Positions 61,629-64,000 of a stretch of DNA of 64,000 nucleotides are shown one piece after another. Position numbers and translations under genes: made by a program. The stretch's first letter is position 1; each line of letters begins with the position of its first letter. Under the pieces are notes generated by a model. It saw only the letters and a program-made list of their open reading frames with translations, made no database searches and was not told the DNA's origin. Source of the stretch: Schizochytrium sp. TIO01 (lineage: Eukaryota; Protista; Bigyra: Labyrinthulomycetes); assembly GCA_004764695.1 (NCBI GenBank), contig SMSO01000025.1, positions 3,658,001-3,722,000 on the forward strand, given 5' to 3'.

Positions 61629-62326
61629 GGAGCATTCCTTAGAGATCACAACATTCACTTTCTGGCATCGGGGCTAGCCAGGTGTTAGGTAGTCCTAAGA
61701 CCCTCCTTCAACGGGCTGTCTTCCTACAGACATAGCAAGCACTTAGGTAACTGTTAGTAGAGAATGGAGGAAATTTATGAAAAAAGAATTGTGATATAGG
61801 CAGGTATAAGCACCATAGTAAAATGGAATTCAGAATGAAAGAATGAAAGAAAAAGTAAAAGTATAAAAGAAAGAAAGAAAGGAAGGAAGGAGGAAAATAG
61901 GTAGGTACCTATTACTTACTACAACATAATAAGTGCTTACAGGAAAGATTGTTTATTCAAAAAATAAAGGGTTGAAGAAGTAGGTAAGTTCAATTTCTTT
62001 CTTTTCTTTTCTATAGAGAAGGAAGAAAAAGAAAAAGAGAAAAGAGAAAGGATAGCAGGAGAGTAGGAGACGCTTAGCAGTTGGTAGAGATCCTTTCTAT
62101 TTCGTATATAGCAAGGAAGAATAGAAAAGGAGAAGGTGGCTGGCCAGCAATAAATAGTTGGTCGCCTCAGAACCACAAACCCGAAGGCCGGCTAGTTAGT
62201 AGTTAGTTGCCTTGCGTGCTCCTCGTCTCCTCCTCTGAGCGAGCGGGCTTTTCTGATCAATCGATCAATCAAACAAACAATTCTGAAATTCGGCCGTCTG
62301 TGCTGCAGAGCCAACCTAAAAAGACC

Positions 62327-63862
62327 ATGCAGTCCTTCACCGACCTCGACCACCTCGGTGGCGACGGCTACTCCGCAGAGGACCTCTTCTGCAAGCTCGG
62401 CAAGGGCACTGCGTACACTTACGATGATGTGATCCTCATGCCTGGCCACGTGGGCTTCAGCGTTGGCGAGGTGTCGCTCGACACCAAGCTCACCAAGAAG
62501 ATCAACCTTCGCCTGCCCTTCGTGTCCTCCCCCATGGACACCGTGACCGAGAGCGAGATGGCCATCAACATGGCTCTCCAGGGTGGTATCGGCATCATCC
62601 ACTACAACAACACCGTTGAGGAGCAGGCCGCTCTCGTGCGCACCGTCAAGAGGTACAAGAACGGCTTCATCACCGACCCCATCGTGCTCTCCCCCAACCA
62701 CACCATCGCCGATGTGGACCGCATCAAGGCTGAGAGTGGCTTCTCCGGCATCCCCATCACCATCGACGGCAAGATGGGCTCCCGCCTTGTGGGTTTCGTC
62801 TCCAACCGCGACGTTGACTTCCTCGAGGACCGCTCCCGCAAGCTTTCCGAGGTTATGACCACTGACCTCGTCGTTGGCCAGGAGCGCTGCACCCTCAACG
62901 AGGCCAACCTCATTCTCCGCGAGTCCAAGAAGGGTAAGCTTCCCATTGTCAACGACAACTACGAGCTCATCAGCCTCTGCAGCCGTAACGACCTCAAGAA
63001 GAACCGTGACTTCCCCCTCGCCTCCAAGTCCCCCGTCAGCAAGCAGCTCCTCGTCGGTGCCGCCATCGGAACCCGCCCCAACGACCGCGAGCGCCTCAAG
63101 GCCCTCGTTGCCCAGGGTGTTGACTGCATCGTCATTGACTCTTCCCAGGGTGACTCCATCTACCAGCTCGAACTCGTCAACTGGATCAAGAAGGAGTTCG
63201 GTGACGACCTTCAGGTCATCGGTGGCAACGTTGTCACCTCCTCTCAGTGCCTCCACCTCATCAAGGCCGGTGTCGATGGTCTCCGCATCGGTATGGGTGT
63301 GGGTTCCATTTGTACCACACAGGAGGTCTGCGCTGTCGGACGTGCTCAGGCCACCGCCGTCTACCACACTGCCCGCACTGCTGCCGTGCACGGTGTGCCC
63401 ATCATTGCTGACGGAGGTATCTCCTCCTCTGGTCAGATCACCAAGGCTCTTGCCCTCGGTGCCTCGACTGTCATGATGGGATCCATGCTTGCCGGTTGTG
63501 AAGAGAGCCCTGGACAGTACTACTTCCAGGACGGCATTCGCCTCAAGAAGTACCGTGGTATGGGATCCGTCGAAGCCATGGAGAAGGGATCCTCCAAGCG
63601 CTACTTTGCTGACAAGAAGGGTATCGTCAAGGTCGCTCAGGGTGTTTCCGGAGCCGTCGTTGACAAGGGATCTGTGTCCCGCTTCCTCCCGTACGTTGCC
63701 CAGGGTGTGCGCCACGGATTCCAGGATGCCGGTGTCAAGGATATCTCTGAGCTCCACGACAGCCTCTACAAGGGCTCCGTGCGCTTCGAGCTCCGTACTC
63801 ACGCTGCCCAGCGTGAGGGCTCTGTCCACGGCCTCTACTCCTACGAGAAGCGCCTCTTTTAA
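62327..63862 (+). CDS. IMPDH: Inosine-5'-monophosphate dehydrogenase
   Basis: [19 protein letters not shown], two CBS domains, [16 protein letters not shown] (catalytic Cys), ADGG, YRGMGS and C-terminal YSYEKRLF. Confidence 0.98.
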   Translation: MQSFTDLDHLGGDGYSAEDLFCKLGKGTAYTYDDVILMPGHVGFSVGEVSLDTKLTKKINLRLPFVSSPMDTVTESEMAINMALQGGIGIIHYNNTVEEQAALVRTVKRYKNGFITDPIVLSPNHTIADVDRIKAESGFSGIPITIDGKMGSRLVGFVSNRDVDFLEDRSRKLSEVMTTDLVVGQERCTLNEANLILRESKKGKLPIVNDNYELISLCSRNDLKKNRDFPLASKSPVSKQLLVGAAIGTRPNDRERLKALVAQGVDCIVIDSSQGDSIYQLELVNWIKKEFGDDLQVIGGNVVTSSQCLHLIKAGVDGLRIGMGVGSICTTQEVCAVGRAQATAVYHTARTAAVHGVPIIADGGISSSGQITKALALGASTVMMGSMLAGCEESPGQYYFQDGIRLKKYRGMGSVEAMEKGSSKRYFADKKGIVKVAQGVSGAVVDKGSVSRFLPYVAQGVRHGFQDAGVKDISELHDSLYKGSVRFELRTHAAQREGSVHGLYSYEKRLF

Positions 63863-64000
63863 ACGACTTTCATACACATGCGAATTATCAGCAAATAAAA
63901 CTTTACGGCCGTGATCATTCTGGGTGATCATGGTTGGGATGGTGATGATCAAAAACCAAACATTATCACTGCCAACCAAGCTTGCATCACCTTGCCTTCT

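Noticed and set aside
62192-63979. 595-aa minus-strand ORF
   Set aside because: Antisense shadow of IMPDH caused by strong codon bias; no motifs of its own.

Overview
Eukaryotic nuclear DNA: GT-AG introns, abundant tetranucleotide microsatellites and long intergenic regions. Gene content and style suggest a stramenopile, most likely a thraustochytrid/labyrinthulomycete; this is an inference, supported by a nad5 NUMT that avoids TTA codons. About 18 protein genes are visible: an AP2-domain factor, IFT22, a scramblase, an SF-assemblin-like protein, TRM61, SERINC, spliced PHB2, a CCDC81-like protein, spliced UBA52, a class V aminotransferase, a PH-domain protein, a sulfatase, a restriction-endonuclease-fold/kinase fusion, a truncated dynamin/Mx-like GTPase, a neurobeachin-like solenoid protein, a spliced mitochondrial carrier, a WKF-domain protein and IMPDH. 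Three gene-poor zones (about 1-7.9 kb, 18-24.8 kb and 47.7-55.7 kb) contain decayed reading frames. The most interesting observations are (i) a head-to-head pair of a Crinkler-type PD-(D/E)xK nuclease-kinase fusion and an Mx/dynamin-like GTPase, a candidate eukaryotic defence module, and (ii) a 208-bp mitochondrial nad5 insertion flanked by an exact 8-bp direct repeat inside a decayed ORF. All family assignments come from motif recognition by eye; no database searches were run.
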